Shown here piece after piece: positions 1 through 11,134 of a stretch of 32,000 bases of DNA. The position numbers were made by a program, and so were the translations under genes. The DNA lies in the NCBI RefSeq assembly GCF_018389705.1, contig NZ_CP065581.1:960001-992000 (forward strand). The letters are read 5' to 3'. Position 1 is the stretch's first letter. Every line of letters starts with the position of its first letter. This DNA comes from Mycoplasma mycoides subsp. capri. GTDB lineage: Bacteria; Bacillota_I; Bacilli_A; Mycoplasmatales; Mycoplasmataceae. Below the pieces are notes generated by a model, which was not told the origin of the DNA, made no database searches, and saw only the letters and a program-made list of their open reading frames with translations.

Positions 1-1
1 A

Positions 2-976
2 TCTACTTCATTTTATTTATCAAAAGGTTTATTAAAAAAATATCAAAAAGTAGGGTTGTTTATTTCTCCAGCTTTTTTATATCAAAATGAAAGAATTCAA
101 ATTAATAACATACCAATTAGTGATAATGATTTAAAAAATTATTTAGATAAAATTGATTACTTAATTAAAAAATATCAATTACATTTTTTTGAGATTTGAA
201 CTTTAATTATGATCTTATATTTTAAAGATCAAAAAGTTGATATTGTTGTTTGTGAAGCTGGAATTGGTGGAATAAAAGATACTACTAGTTTTTTAACTAA
301 TCAATTATTTAGTTTGTGTACTTCTATTTCATATGATCATATGGATTTATTAGGAAATAGTATTGATGAAATTATTTATAATAAAATTAATATAGCAAAA
401 CCAAATACTAAGCTTTTTATAAGTTATGATAATTTAAAATACAAAGATAAAATTAATGAACAATTAATTAATAAAAATGTAGAACTAATTTATACAGATC
501 TATATGAAGATCAAATTATTTATCAACAAGCAAATAAAGGATTAGTTAAAAAGGTATTAGAATATTTAAATATTTTTCAAACAGACATTTTTCAACTACA
601 ACCACCACTAGGAAGATTTACAACAATTAGAACTTTTCCAAATCACATTATTATTGATGGAGCTCATAATGTTGATGGAATTAATAAATTAATTCAATCA
701 GTTAAAATGTTAAATAAAGAATTTATTGTTTTATATGCAAGTATTAATACTAAAGAATATTTAAAATCACTAGAACTATTAGATCAAAATTTTAATGAGG
801 TATATATATGTGAATTTAATTTTATAAAATCATGATCTATTGATAATATTGATCATAAAAACAAAATAAAAGATTGAAAAAAATTTTTAAAAAATAACAC
901 AAAAAATATAATTATATGTGGAAGTTTATACTTTATACCTCTTGTATATAATTATTTAACTAATAATAAATTTTAA
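2..976 (+). CDS. folC: Folylpolyglutamate synthase / dihydrofolate synthase, 5' end outside window
   Basis: Frame 2 reading TGA=Trp; Mur-ligase-type segments 'GLFISPAFLYQNERIQINNIPIS', 'SYDHMDLLGNSIDEIIYNKINIAKP' and 'IIIDGAHNVDGI'; stop TAA at 974-976. Confidence 0.88.
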
Positions 977-992
977 TAAAGAAGGTGTTTAT

Positions 993-1667
993 ATGGCATG
1001 AAATAGTTCTTCTGCCTATTGAATAACAACTGCTATTTTTGGTGTTTTACTAATTGGTATATGAATTTTAGGTTTGTGAATGGAAAAATTTAGCTTAAAA
1101 ACATTTACTATTAAAAACATAGCAATTATCGGTACTTTAGTAGCATTAAGTGTAATTTTATCTTATGTAGTTAATAGAAACTTTTTACAAATTTTAGGAA
1201 CAAGAATTACTTTAGGTTATTTTGTTAACTTTTTAATTGGAATGATTTTTGGACCACTTGCAGGAATACTTGCTGGAATTGCAACTGATTTAATTGGAAC
1301 AATGATAGTTGGTTCTGGTGGATGACATATTGGGTTTGTTTTTGCAAAATCAATGCTAGGATTTTTAGGATCATTAGTATTTTTATTTAAAAATAATAAG
1401 TATTGAGTAGCATTAATGATTTGATCTTATGCGATTGGCTTATTTTTAGTTATATTTATAATTCATCCTATTAGTTTTGTAACAGTTGGTGGACCTAGTT
1501 TAGCTATTGCTTATAGTGTAACTAAATTTATAGTTTATCCAGTTGAATTAGTTTTATATTCACTTTTAACTTATGCTTCAATAAGAGTGATTTATATTTT
1601 AATTAAAAAAGATTTAAATACAAAAAATAGACAATGAATATTAAGAAATGATGCTGTAATATTCTAA
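993..1667 (+). CDS. folT: ECF transporter S component, probably folate (FolT-like)
   Basis: Small multi-TM protein with 'LGTRITLGYFVNFLIGMIFGPLAGILAGIATDLIGTMIVGSGGWHIGFVFAKSMLGFLGS', typical of ECF S components; 17 nt after folC. Confidence 0.75.
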
Positions 1668-1671
1668 TTGA

Positions 1672-1697
1672 TAAAAAGTGCTAGCAAGCACTTTTTT
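1672..1697 (+). terminator. Intrinsic terminator after folT
   Basis: AAAAAGTGCT-AGCA-AGCACTTTTTT hairpin with T tail. Confidence 0.8.
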
Positions 1698-1749
1698 ATG
1701 TTTAAACATTAATATAGTAAAATTATATTAACGTTTAAAAGGAGATTAT

Positions 1750-2691
1750 ATGGAAAAATTTACCATAAAAGATCTAACTGATAATCTGAAATTTGAAATC
1801 ATTTCAGGACAAGATAAACTAGATACAGAAATTAAAAGTTATGGAATTAATAGAGCTGGATTAGAATTAGCTGATTATTTTAAACCTTTTAAAGATCAAA
1901 GTGAATGAAGAGCAACTTTAATGTCTACTAAAGAAAGTGGATATATGTTGCAATTTGATGAAAAAACTAAAATTAGAAAATATACTCAGTTAATGAAATG
2001 TGGTATTCCTGTTTTAATAATCACTAATAAATTTAAAGATAAAACATTAATTAAAGTTGCAAAAAGATTGAACTTTCCTTTATTAAAAAGTGATTATCCA
2101 ATTACAGTTCAACTAGTACAAAAAATTCAAGATATTTATGATATTTATTTTTCACCAACTAGTGAAGTACATGCTGCTTTGATGAATATTTTTGGAACTG
2201 GGGTTTTAATTAAAGGAAAATCTGGTATTGGTAAATCTGAGTTGTGTTTAGAATTAATTAAACATAATCATTTATTTGTTGGTGATGATCGTATTATTCT
2301 AACTAATAAATCTAATAAAATTATTGGAAGAGTTCATCCAATTTTAAAAAATCTAATTGAGATTAGAGGTATTGGAATTTTTGATATTGTTAAATCAAAT
2401 GGGTATCAAGTGATTATGAATGAAAGTCCTGTTGAATTAGTTATTGAACTAGTTGAATATAAAGAAAAAAATATTGATAATAGTGATAGATTAGGAAATG
2501 ACTGACAAAAAACTAAAATTCTAGGTGTTGAAATAGAACATATTCAAATACCAGTTAGTGCTGGAAGAAGTTTAGTTAATATTATTGAATCAGCTGTTGC
2601 TCAATTTAAAATTAATAAATCAAAACAATTTGAAGATGTTTTTGATGTAATTCATAAGAGAACAAAAGAATTTTTAAGTTCTAAAAAATAG
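1750..2691 (+). CDS. hprK: HPr kinase/phosphorylase
   Basis: P-loop 'GKSGIGKSELCLELI', 'LVGDDR' type region, HprK C-terminal 'GIGIFDI...VELVEY' blocks; TGA=Trp; AGGAGA-like SD upstream. Confidence 0.93.
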
Positions 2692-2701
2692 AAAGAATAA
2701 A

Positions 2702-4282
2702 ATGTCAACTACTTATTTTGAATGAATAAAACAACACGGAGATCCGTCTTTAGCTAGATCTTTTTTTCAATTAATTCCAGCTTATCCAATTTTTATGTTT
2801 TTAGGAATTTCAAGCGTAATTATAGCTAGTATTATTTGTTTAAAATTAAAAGCTATACCTTTAAAAGAATTTGAAATTTCTATTTTTATAATTGTTCCGT
2901 TTGGAATATTAGGTGCTACTATTTTTGGAAAAGTTTTTCTACCTTTTTATCAACATTCAAATACTTGATATAGAATCTTTTTTTTCTGAGAACCAGGAAT
3001 GTCTTTATTTGGTTCTTTATTGTTTGGAATTCTAGCAGGAATTGCTTGATTTTTAAAACGCTCAAAAACAACAATGATTTCTTTATGAGTTTATGCTGAT
3101 TGTATTATTCCAAATATTTTATTAGGACAAGTAATTGGAAGATGAGGTAATTTTTATAATCATGAAATTTTAGGACAAATAGTTGATTATAATAGTTTGT
3201 ACTGATTACCTGAATCTATTAAAAATAACTTATTTTATTTTCCTAATTTTGTTGAGTTTCATCATTTAAATAATCCAACAGATCTATTAGTTAGTCACAC
3301 TAATTGGTGAGATTTTAATTCAAATACTTGAAGTGAAGTACAAAATTTTGTTAATAATAACAATCAAACAATTAAAGATGTTTTAAATCAAAAAATTACT
3401 TATCATCAACCTTTGTTTTTATATGAATCAATAGCTAATTTATTTTTATGATTAATTATTATGTTTATTATTAATAATTTAACTAGATGAATTAATCATC
3501 CTCAACCTTGAGATTTATATCCTAAAGCTTATCCTGGTTGATTTAATAAACAATATAAATATTTAAGTGAAGATCAAATCACTAACTTTAATAGTATTGT
3601 TCCAATTAAATATAAAAAACTAGTAATTAATATTGATAATAAACAAACTGTTGTTTTAAAACTTTCATTTTATCAAGCTTGAAATAAAGCATTTTATTAT
3701 TATGAACCAGATAATAAAAAAGTTAGTCAATTAGAAAATCAAATAGAAGAATTTAACAAAATCAAAAATAAAGACAAATTGAATTTTCAAAATACAAAAT
3801 CTAATTGCAAGCATCAATTAGATTTGATTAATAAAAAATATAAATTTAAACTAAATAATTTAAATAAAAACTCTTTAGAGTATCAAAAAATTATTAATTT
3901 AAAAACTGAAGAAGTTAAAAGAAATAAAGATTTATTAATGATTAGTAAAAATAATTATTATCAAAAATACGGATTTTGAAATTTATTTTTTAATGTAAAT
4001 GTTTTTAGTAAAGAAATTGAAAAACTAAATAATCCAAATCAATTTAAAGTAATTAGAAGTGGTGTAGCTACTGGTTGTTATGTTTTAGGGTATTTAATTA
4101 TTAGAATTATTTTAGAAACATTTAGACAAAATCACGAATTATTTATTCAAAATCATAGAGCTATTAATTTTATAATTTTAAGTGCGATTTTATTAAGTGG
4201 AATCTTTATAATATTATTAACGCAATTTATTTCTCCATATAAGTGAAGACAGATAGGGTGGTTGTATGAAAAATCTTACTAA
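2702..4282 (+). CDS. Prolipoprotein diacylglyceryl transferase-like protein, paralog 1 (lacks the HGG histidine)
   Basis: Lgt-family blocks '[28 protein letters not shown]' and 'LFLYES' plus multiple TMs; large central insertion (coiled-coil-like KLNNLNKNSLEYQKIINLKTEEVK); equivalent of WEGG-x-x-x-HGG reads 'WEPGMSLFGSL'; TGA read-through from 2702. Confidence 0.82.
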
Positions 4283-5198
4283 TGAAATTTATGATGTTAT
4301 TATAGTTGGTAGTGGTCCTGCTGGTTTAACTAGTGCGATTTATACTGCAAGAGCGGGGTTAAAAACTGTTATTTATGAACAATCTGCTCCAGGTGGAAAA
4401 TTAATTAAAACTGATTTAATTGAAAACTATCCTGGTTTTGAAACAATTCAAGGACCAGATTTAGCTTCTAAAATGTATCTTCAAGCTTTAAGTTTAAATG
4501 CAAGTGTTGAATTTGTTGGAGTAGATAGTATATTTAAAAATGCTGATGATATTTTTGAAATAAGTTTAGCAAATGGTGAAACTAAAAAAGCTTATGCAGT
4601 AATTTTAGCAACTGGAACTCAAGAAAATAAATTAGGAATTAAAGGTGAAGATGAACTGTATGGTAAAGGTGTTAGTTATTGTGCAGTTTGTGATGGAGCT
4701 TTTTATAAAAACAAACCAGTTGCAGTAGTTGGTGGGGGTTATTCAGCAGTTCAAGAAGCTATGTATTTATCTCAATTAGTAGACAAAGTTTATTTAATTG
4801 TTAGAAGAGATGTTTTTAGAGCTGATGCTAATAAAGTTGCTAAATTAAAAGCTCAACCTAATGTTGAATTCTTATTAAAATCACAAGTAAAAGAAATTCA
4901 TGGAACTGATAAAGTTGAATCACTTACAATAACTACTCCAAATGGAGAAAAAAAATTAGAAGTTAGTGCGATTTTTCCATATATTGGTTCAACTCCTTTA
5001 ATTGATTCAGTAAAACATTTATGTATTGAAAATGAAAAAGGTTATATTCCAACAAATGATAAAATGCAAACAGAAATTAAAGGATTATTTGTTGCTGGTG
5101 ATGTTAGAGATGTTCCGTTACGTCAAATTGCTATTGCATGTGGAGATGGTGCTATTGCTGGACAAATGGCAGTTGAATATGTTCAAGAAATAAAATAG
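4266..5198 (+). CDS. trxB: Thioredoxin reductase
   Basis: FAD-binding 'IIVGSGPAGLTSAIYTARAG', redox motif 'CAVCDG', 'GGGYSAVQEA', C-terminal 'GLFVAGDVRD'; complete without TGA. Confidence 0.96.
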   Translation: MKNLTNEIYDVIIVGSGPAGLTSAIYTARAGLKTVIYEQSAPGGKLIKTDLIENYPGFETIQGPDLASKMYLQALSLNASVEFVGVDSIFKNADDIFEISLANGETKKAYAVILATGTQENKLGIKGEDELYGKGVSYCAVCDGAFYKNKPVAVVGGGYSAVQEAMYLSQLVDKVYLIVRRDVFRADANKVAKLKAQPNVEFLLKSQVKEIHGTDKVESLTITTPNGEKKLEVSAIFPYIGSTPLIDSVKHLCIENEKGYIPTNDKMQTEIKGLFVAGDVRDVPLRQIAIACGDGAIAGQMAVEYVQEIK

Positions 5199-5206
5199 GA
5201 GGTAAG

Positions 5207-6637
5207 ATGAAGTCAAAATTAAAATTAAAAGTTGATAAAAGAAGTATAGTTACAACTAGTTTATGAGTAATTTTATCTATACTAATTATCAGTTTAATTA
5301 TTTTATCTTCAAAACATTTTAGAATAGATTGAAATCAAAATAGAGGATTTGATACTGTTTTAGAATATGGTGGAGTTAAAGATGTTTATTTATCAAGATC
5401 AGATGGGTCAGGTGGACTTAGAGTTTATGCTTTAACAATGACACTTGGAATGCTAGTTGCTATTGGTTTTAGTTTATATAACTTTAATAAAAAAGATTTA
5501 TCAATAAGTGAACTAGCAATTGGAGTAATTTTCATTATTCCTTGTTCATTACTTGGTGCTTCTTTTTTTGGTAAGCTAAATGCTGATGGAATTGGAAGAC
5601 ATGCAAATGGTGCTACTTTTTGAGGATTATTTGCATTTTGAGAAGGTGGATTAGCGATTCATGGTGGAGTTTATGTTGGAAGCATAGTTGGATTAATAAT
5701 TTTTTATATAATTGGTAGAAAAACTAAAGTTTCATTATTAGTTTATGCTGATTGTATTATTCCAAATATTTTATTGGGACAAGCTATTGGTAGATGAGGA
5801 AACTTCTTTAATCATGAAGTTCTAGGAACACCAGTTGCAAAAATTGCAGACAATATATCATCTCATACAGATAAAGCTATTGATCAAATTTTTTCAACTT
5901 ATTTACAAACTCATTCAAGACCATTATTTTTACCTGATTTTATTTTAAAAAATTGTTTGTCTATTTATTCAGGAGAAACTCAAACTATTAATAATATAAC
6001 TTTAGAAAATGGAAACGTTGTCTTATTATCACCAATTTTTATTTATGAATCAATTGCTTTATTGTTAGGTTGATTTGTAATTATGTTTATTATTCCAAAT
6101 GTTTGAAAATTATTTGTTAAACCAATTGATAAAAATAATAATGTTTATAAAATTGATTACAAATTTAGTTTTTATCAATTCTTTAATCCTTGATTAAAAT
6201 CAACACAAACTAAATTAAGTAGTAAAGATGCTTGAAAAAAAGCGTTAAGTGATAATGTTTATGAAAATGCATCTGAAATTTATATTAATAAAACTAGTGA
6301 TTTAGATAATAAAAAATATTGAGAAAAAAGAGTAATTGAAAGTCATCTTTTAAATAAATTAAATAACAAAAATAACTTCCCAATCACAAAAGCTGGAGTA
6401 CAAATGTTTGCTTACTTTTTAGTATGAAACATTGTTAGATATGTTTTAGAATCACAACGCCCAAGTGATCATCTATTTATTATGCATTTAAAAAATCTTT
6501 CATTGTTTGTTATTGGATTTTCAGCAATCATTGGTTTAATTGGAATGATCGTATGTCAATATGGATTACCAAATATTTCAAGAAAACCAGGTTGATTATA
6601 CGAAGTTGAGTATTTTAAAATTAGAAAATCAAATTAG
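5207..6637 (+). CDS. lgt: Prolipoprotein diacylglyceryl transferase, paralog 2 (canonical motif retained)
   Basis: 'FWEGGLAIHGGVYVGSIVGLIIF' and '[28 protein letters not shown]', 'FIYESIALLLGW'; TGA=Trp. Confidence 0.92.
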
Positions 6638-6649
6638 AGGAAAAAAATT

Positions 6650-7579
6650 ATGTCATTTGCTTTAGAAGTAAAAGAAGAAATTGTAATGCATAGTTTTAAT
6701 GATGAACAAAAACTAGCTTATCTTTCAGGTTTTATTAGATATAGCTCTGATATAATTTTTTCTAATAATACTTCTAAAATTAGATTTTCAACAATTAGTA
6801 ATAAAATAGCTAGAACCTTATTAAGTTTTTGTAGACATATTTTTGATGGACAAGTAGAAATTTCTATTATTCAGTCTCAAGTACTAAAAAAACATAAAAG
6901 TTTTGTTTTGACTTTGATTGGAGACACAAATAAGTTTTTACAAAAACTAAGAATTTATGATCAAAATAATCAAAAAGTATATGGTTTTAAAGTAAGTAGT
7001 GAAATTAAAGATAAAACTTCAATACTAAGAGCATATATAGCTGGAATATTTACAGCAATTGGTTCTGTTAACTCACCAAAAACTAGTAATTATCATTTAG
7101 ATTTACAGTTTAAAAATAAAATTGATGCTAATTATTTTATTGATTTAACTAATGATTTAGGTTTTGAATTTAAGTTATTAGAAAGAAATGCTAATCGCTT
7201 TATTTGTTATATTAAAAAATCAATTATGGTATCTGATTTTTTAAAATTAATTGATGCATCTAATTCAGTAATGCAATTTGAAAATGAACGTATATCTAGA
7301 GATGTTTATAATAGTATAAATAGAGTTAATAATTTTGATATTTCAAATCAAACAAAAACTTTAGTTACTGGTCAAAAACAGATACAAACTATTAATTATT
7401 TAAAACAGACAAATCAATTTCACTTATTAAGTAAAAAGGCTCAAGTTTTAGCTAACTTAAGATTAGAATATCCTGATTATTCTTATAATGAACTAGTTGA
7501 AGAAATGAAAAAAGTAGGATATGAAATTACAAAATCAGGAATTAGCAACTTATTTAAAACAATAGAAAAATTAGGATAA
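6650..7579 (+). CDS. whiA: WhiA-family DNA-binding regulator
   Basis: N-terminal 'SFALEVKEEIV', LAGLIDADG-like core 'LRAYIAGIFTAIGSVNSPKTSNYHLDLQF', C-terminal HTH 'LANLRLEYPDYSYNELVEEM...ITKSGISNLFKTIEKL'. Confidence 0.93.
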   Translation: MSFALEVKEEIVMHSFNDEQKLAYLSGFIRYSSDIIFSNNTSKIRFSTISNKIARTLLSFCRHIFDGQVEISIIQSQVLKKHKSFVLTLIGDTNKFLQKLRIYDQNNQKVYGFKVSSEIKDKTSILRAYIAGIFTAIGSVNSPKTSNYHLDLQFKNKIDANYFIDLTNDLGFEFKLLERNANRFICYIKKSIMVSDFLKLIDASNSVMQFENERISRDVYNSINRVNNFDISNQTKTLVTGQKQIQTINYLKQTNQFHLLSKKAQVLANLRLEYPDYSYNELVEEMKKVGYEITKSGISNLFKTIEKLG

Positions 7580-7671
7580 GTATAATTTTAAAAAAACTAT
7601 TGTAGTATTTTAAAATCTGTGATACTATAAAAAAGCTCATTATTTGTAATTTCTCTATATGAAAATACAAG

Positions 7672-7704
7672 TAAAAAGACCTAGTTGTGAAACTAGGTTT
7701 TTTT
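7672..7704 (+). terminator. Intrinsic terminator after whiA
   Basis: ACCTAGTT-GTGA-AACTAGGT followed by T-run. Confidence 0.85.
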
Positions 7705-7720
7705 ATTATTAAATTAAGTT

Positions 7721-8200
7721 TTATCTTGTAGAATTCATTAAACTATTGCTGTTTTCTAAAATTAAATCTTGAGTTTCAGCTAGTGGATCACGATTAGTAG
7801 TTTCTGATGTGGAATTTTGCATTCTTCCTTTTATTTTTTCTGAATTCTCTAAAATTAATTCTGAAGTTTTTGCAATATGTTCTTTTCTTTTAAAATATTC
7901 ACTTACATAGTCTGCTTCTGAAAAAATTAAAGGTTCTTCTTTTCAAAAAGCTTCATTTTTAGGTTGTGTTGACATACTAGTTGTTGCTGATGGATTAGGA
8001 CTTTGATTATTATTCATGTTTGTAGAAGTTGAACTAGAAGTTTGATTCTTATCCATTTCTTTAGATTCTTTATTATCAGTAGTTTCTGTTGTAGCAGATT
8101 GTTTATCTTCTTTTTTATTATTATTTGAACAAGCTATAGCAGTTGCGCTTGTCATTGTAATTAAACTTATTGAACTAAAAATAGTTAATAATTTTTTCAT
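7721..8200 (-). CDS. Putative lipoprotein with low-complexity N-terminal half
   Basis: 'MKKLLTIFSSISLITMTSATAIACSNNNKK' lipobox; reads through TGA at 7940-7942 to TAA at 7721. Confidence 0.85.
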
Positions 8201-8342
8201 TTAAATTGTATTCCTTTTTATAATATTTGTGCTTTACACACCATTATTATAGTTTTTAGACTTATGATTTATTTTTTATAAAAAAAGTTATATTTCAATT
8301 TAAAAAATGTGAAAATTAATATTATTTTTATCTAAAATGTTA

Positions 8343-8366
8343 AAAAGAGTGCATATGCACTCTTTT
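8343..8366. terminator. Perfect palindrome, probable (bidirectional) terminator for the 8396-9520 gene
   Basis: AAAAGAGTGCATATGCACTCTTTT, fully self-complementary, 3' of the minus-strand gene. Confidence 0.7.
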
Positions 8367-8395
8367 ATTATTAATATAGTAAACAGTGAAATATA

Positions 8396-9520
8396 TTATT
8401 TTGCTGGAACTGGTTTTCAAGTTGGAAGTTTATTTTCTTGATTGGCTATTTTTGTCCCTTTAGCAAACTCAAATCTTTTATTAGATTTAATTTCGTTATT
8501 GAATATTCACTTATTTAAATCTTGTTCAAATTCTTTTGCATTTCTTAACATTCCATTAAAGTTTTGAACAGATTGAACTTTCCAACTTGAAATATTTTGG
8601 TTAAATCTTTCAGCTTCTTCAAACATATAAGACATATCAGTTACTTTTTCGGTTTTTCAAGATGAAATATCTTGATTAAATTTAACTGCTTTATTAAACA
8701 TACCTTTCATACTTGTTACTTGTGAAGTATCTCAATTTTCAATGTTATTGTTAAATTCTTTGGCATTTTGAAAAGTATTGATCATTGATGTTACTTTATC
8801 AGTTTTTCAACTGTTTAAATCTTGATTGAACTTTTCAGTCTTTTTAAACATTGAAGATATATCAGTTAGAGAGTCTGTTTTTCAATCTTTAATATTTGAG
8901 TTAAATTCTTTAGCTGAATGAAACATACTATGCATATCAGTTACTTTAGATACATTTCAAGATGAAATATCCCCATTAAAATGATCAGTTTGTTTAAACA
9001 TACCTCTCATAGTTGTTACTTTATCAGTTTTTCATTTATTTAGATTTTGGTTGAACTTTATAGCTCTTGTAAACATAAAGTTCATATTTGTAACTTCTGA
9101 AGTATTTCAGTTTGAAATATCTTGATTAAATTCATTAGTTGTATCAAAAACACTTGTCATATCAGTGATTTTTGAAGTATCTCAATTTTGTATTCCTTCA
9201 ACTGAGCTACTTTGTAATCCCTTAAAAGCTTCTTTTAAACTTGTAATTTGATTTGGTAAGGAAGATGGCACTTTTGTTGTAGTTGGTTTAAATGGAACAA
9301 TTTGAATTTCTTTATTTTTATTTTCAAAAAATCCAATTTGAACACATTCATTATCTTTATATTTAGCTTTTTGTAAGTATTTTCCTACTTGATCTTTAAT
9401 AGATTCAGGATTATATTCTTCAGCTGTTGAAATTGCATTTATAGTTTTACAACTTAAAACAGAAATAGTGGGTATAACTAATAATGTTGTTGAACCTAAG
9501 ATAGTCAATAATTTCTTCAT
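8396..9520 (-). CDS. Surface lipoprotein with DUF285 / BspA-type repeats
   Basis: Signal 'MKKLLTILGSTTLLVIPTISVLSCK'; repeats of '[38 protein letters not shown]...'; TGA=Trp at each repeat Trp explains the ORF fragmentation. Confidence 0.92.
8450..9235 (-). repeat. Tandem ~25-aa DUF285 repeat units (FNxDIxxWxTxxVTxMxxMFxxAxx), approximate bounds
   Basis: At least nine consecutive degenerate copies in the translated protein. Confidence 0.85.
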
Positions 9521-9649
9521 AGCAATAATTTCCTTTCTTATATTCACACAATTTACATTCTAATTATACATAACATATCTATTTTTGTCTTTAGAGAAAT
9601 TTATTAATAAATCCTATATAATATAGTGCTCATCGATTTTTTTACAAAT

Positions 9650-9684
9650 AAAAAACTCAATCCTATAAAAGAATTGAGTTTAAC
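9650..9684 (-). terminator. Intrinsic terminator of the PTS/phosphatase operon
   Basis: Minus strand AACTCAAT-TCTTTTATAGG-ATTGAGTTTTTT. Confidence 0.8.
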
Positions 9685-9685
9685 T

Positions 9686-9916
9686 TTAACTACGAAAACC
9701 ACTTAATAATGGACTAATTACTCCAAATAAAATTACTAAAACACCAGCTACAATAAAAGCAGTTGCTAATATAGAAACAAATGAACTTTTACTTTTATAT
9801 ACTTGTAGATTTTGTTCTTTTTTCTTTTTAGTTACAAAATAAATAATTATTCCAACTATTAATAAAATTAGTCCTAAAACTATACTAACTACTAAAGGGA
9901 TTCATTTATCTGACAC
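9686..9916 (-). CDS. Small two-TM membrane protein (about 76 aa), GTG start
   Basis: '(GTG)SDKWIPLVVSIVLGLILLIVGIIIYFVTKKKKEQNLQVYKSKSSFVSILATAFIVAGVLVILFGVISPLLSGFRS*'; GGAGA 9 nt upstream of GTG; overlaps previous gene by 11 nt. Confidence 0.6.
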
Positions 9917-10625
9917 AGTTAAAGTTCTCCATGTATTTTTGATCGTATTTAATTTTTTTTGTTAAATCTAATAAGTTATTTACTTCAACATTAACTTGTT
10001 GAAAAACATTAGTTAAAAAGTCTTTATTTAAAATTTGTATATCAACATCAGTTCCAGTTATAAATGATCTACATACAACTGTTTTTATTTCTTGTTTTTG
10101 ATTAATTAACTTAATTAAATCTCAACTTTTTTTAGTATTTAAAGTTGCTTGATAGTTTAAATAAAAAATACTTTGAATATAATGTTGTAAATATGCTCTT
10201 CCTTTTTTTATAGTTTTAATTTCATTAGTTAAATTATTAAAAATTACTATTTCATCATTTCTTAATTCAACATAATAATCATAATCTTTACTAATTTTTT
10301 TTAAAAACTCAATTTCATTAATTGTATTTAAATTAGGTATATATTCACTATATCTATTTACTAATTTATATTCTTTAATGTTGTTATCTTCAAGCAGTTT
10401 TTTAATTCTAATCTCAAGATCTTCAAATGATGTGATCTTTCTATTTTCTGTACAATTAATTGATAAAAAGTTTTTAGGTTTTCTCATCTCTTCATCAGTG
10501 TCATTTCCAATTGCAATAATGTTTTTAGTTAAAAGATCTCTTAGAATTAAAGCTTTTTCAGATTTAATTAATTTATCTTCATCTCAAATATTTACTATAT
10601 TTCAATCAAAATCAATATAAATCAT
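9906..10625 (-). CDS. Conserved-looking hypothetical protein, 239 aa, possible distant MreB/actin-fold relative
   Basis: 'MIYIDFDWNIVNIWDEDKLIKSEKALILRDLLTKNIIAIGNDTDEEMRKPKN...'; joins ORF 10122-10487 across TGA in both directions; short gap to the phosphatase gene. Confidence 0.7.
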
Positions 10626-10639
10626 TATTTAAGATCCTT

Positions 10640-11134
10640 TCAATCTGTATTTAACTTAGATTTGATGTTATAAAAAGGATAGTTATTTTTTAAATAAGTA
10701 TAAACTCCTAAATTTACTTTCATAAAAGGATAAATATCTTTTACATATTTTTCTAATGCTTGTTCAAAACTTAAATTATTATCAATAACTCCTTTAATTA
10801 CTAAAAACATAAATATTGTTGAAGCACTTCTACTAATACCTAACTGGCAATGAGTATATAAACTTTTATCATTTGGATTTTCTATTAAAAACTTAATTGC
10901 AGGAATAAATAAATCATCACTAAAGTCTCTAACATCATGAGAATCTAATAAATTAATTGCAAGTTTATTTTTAGTTAAAACAAAATTTTTAGTTTGATAC
11001 AATATTTCACTTGTATCTTTTTTTAAAATGTTATAAAAAACATTACTAATTTTTAATTCTTTATCAGGGTTAACTAATCGTTTTGAAAATTGATCACCTA
11101 AATAAATTTTGTCAATGATATTTTCACAAGGCAT
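10640..11134 (-). CDS. Dual-specificity / tyrosine-type protein phosphatase
   Basis: Signature 'HCQLGISRSAS' (HCxxGxxRS) with upstream 'LLDSHDVRDF'; ATG overlaps the TAA of the upstream EIICB gene. Confidence 0.88.
   Translation of the reverse strand: MPCENIIDKIYLGDQFSKRLVNPDKELKISNVFYNILKKDTSEILYQTKNFVLTKNKLAINLLDSHDVRDFSDDLFIPAIKFLIENPNDKSLYTHCQLGISRSASTIFMFLVIKGVIDNNLSFEQALEKYVKDIYPFMKVNLGVYTYLKNNYPFYNIKSKLNTD

Noticed and set aside
10378-10620. 80-aa plus-strand ORF antisense to the 9906-10625 gene
   Set aside because: Sense frame is coherent within the operon; antisense protein looks random (Ser/Leu/Phe-rich).
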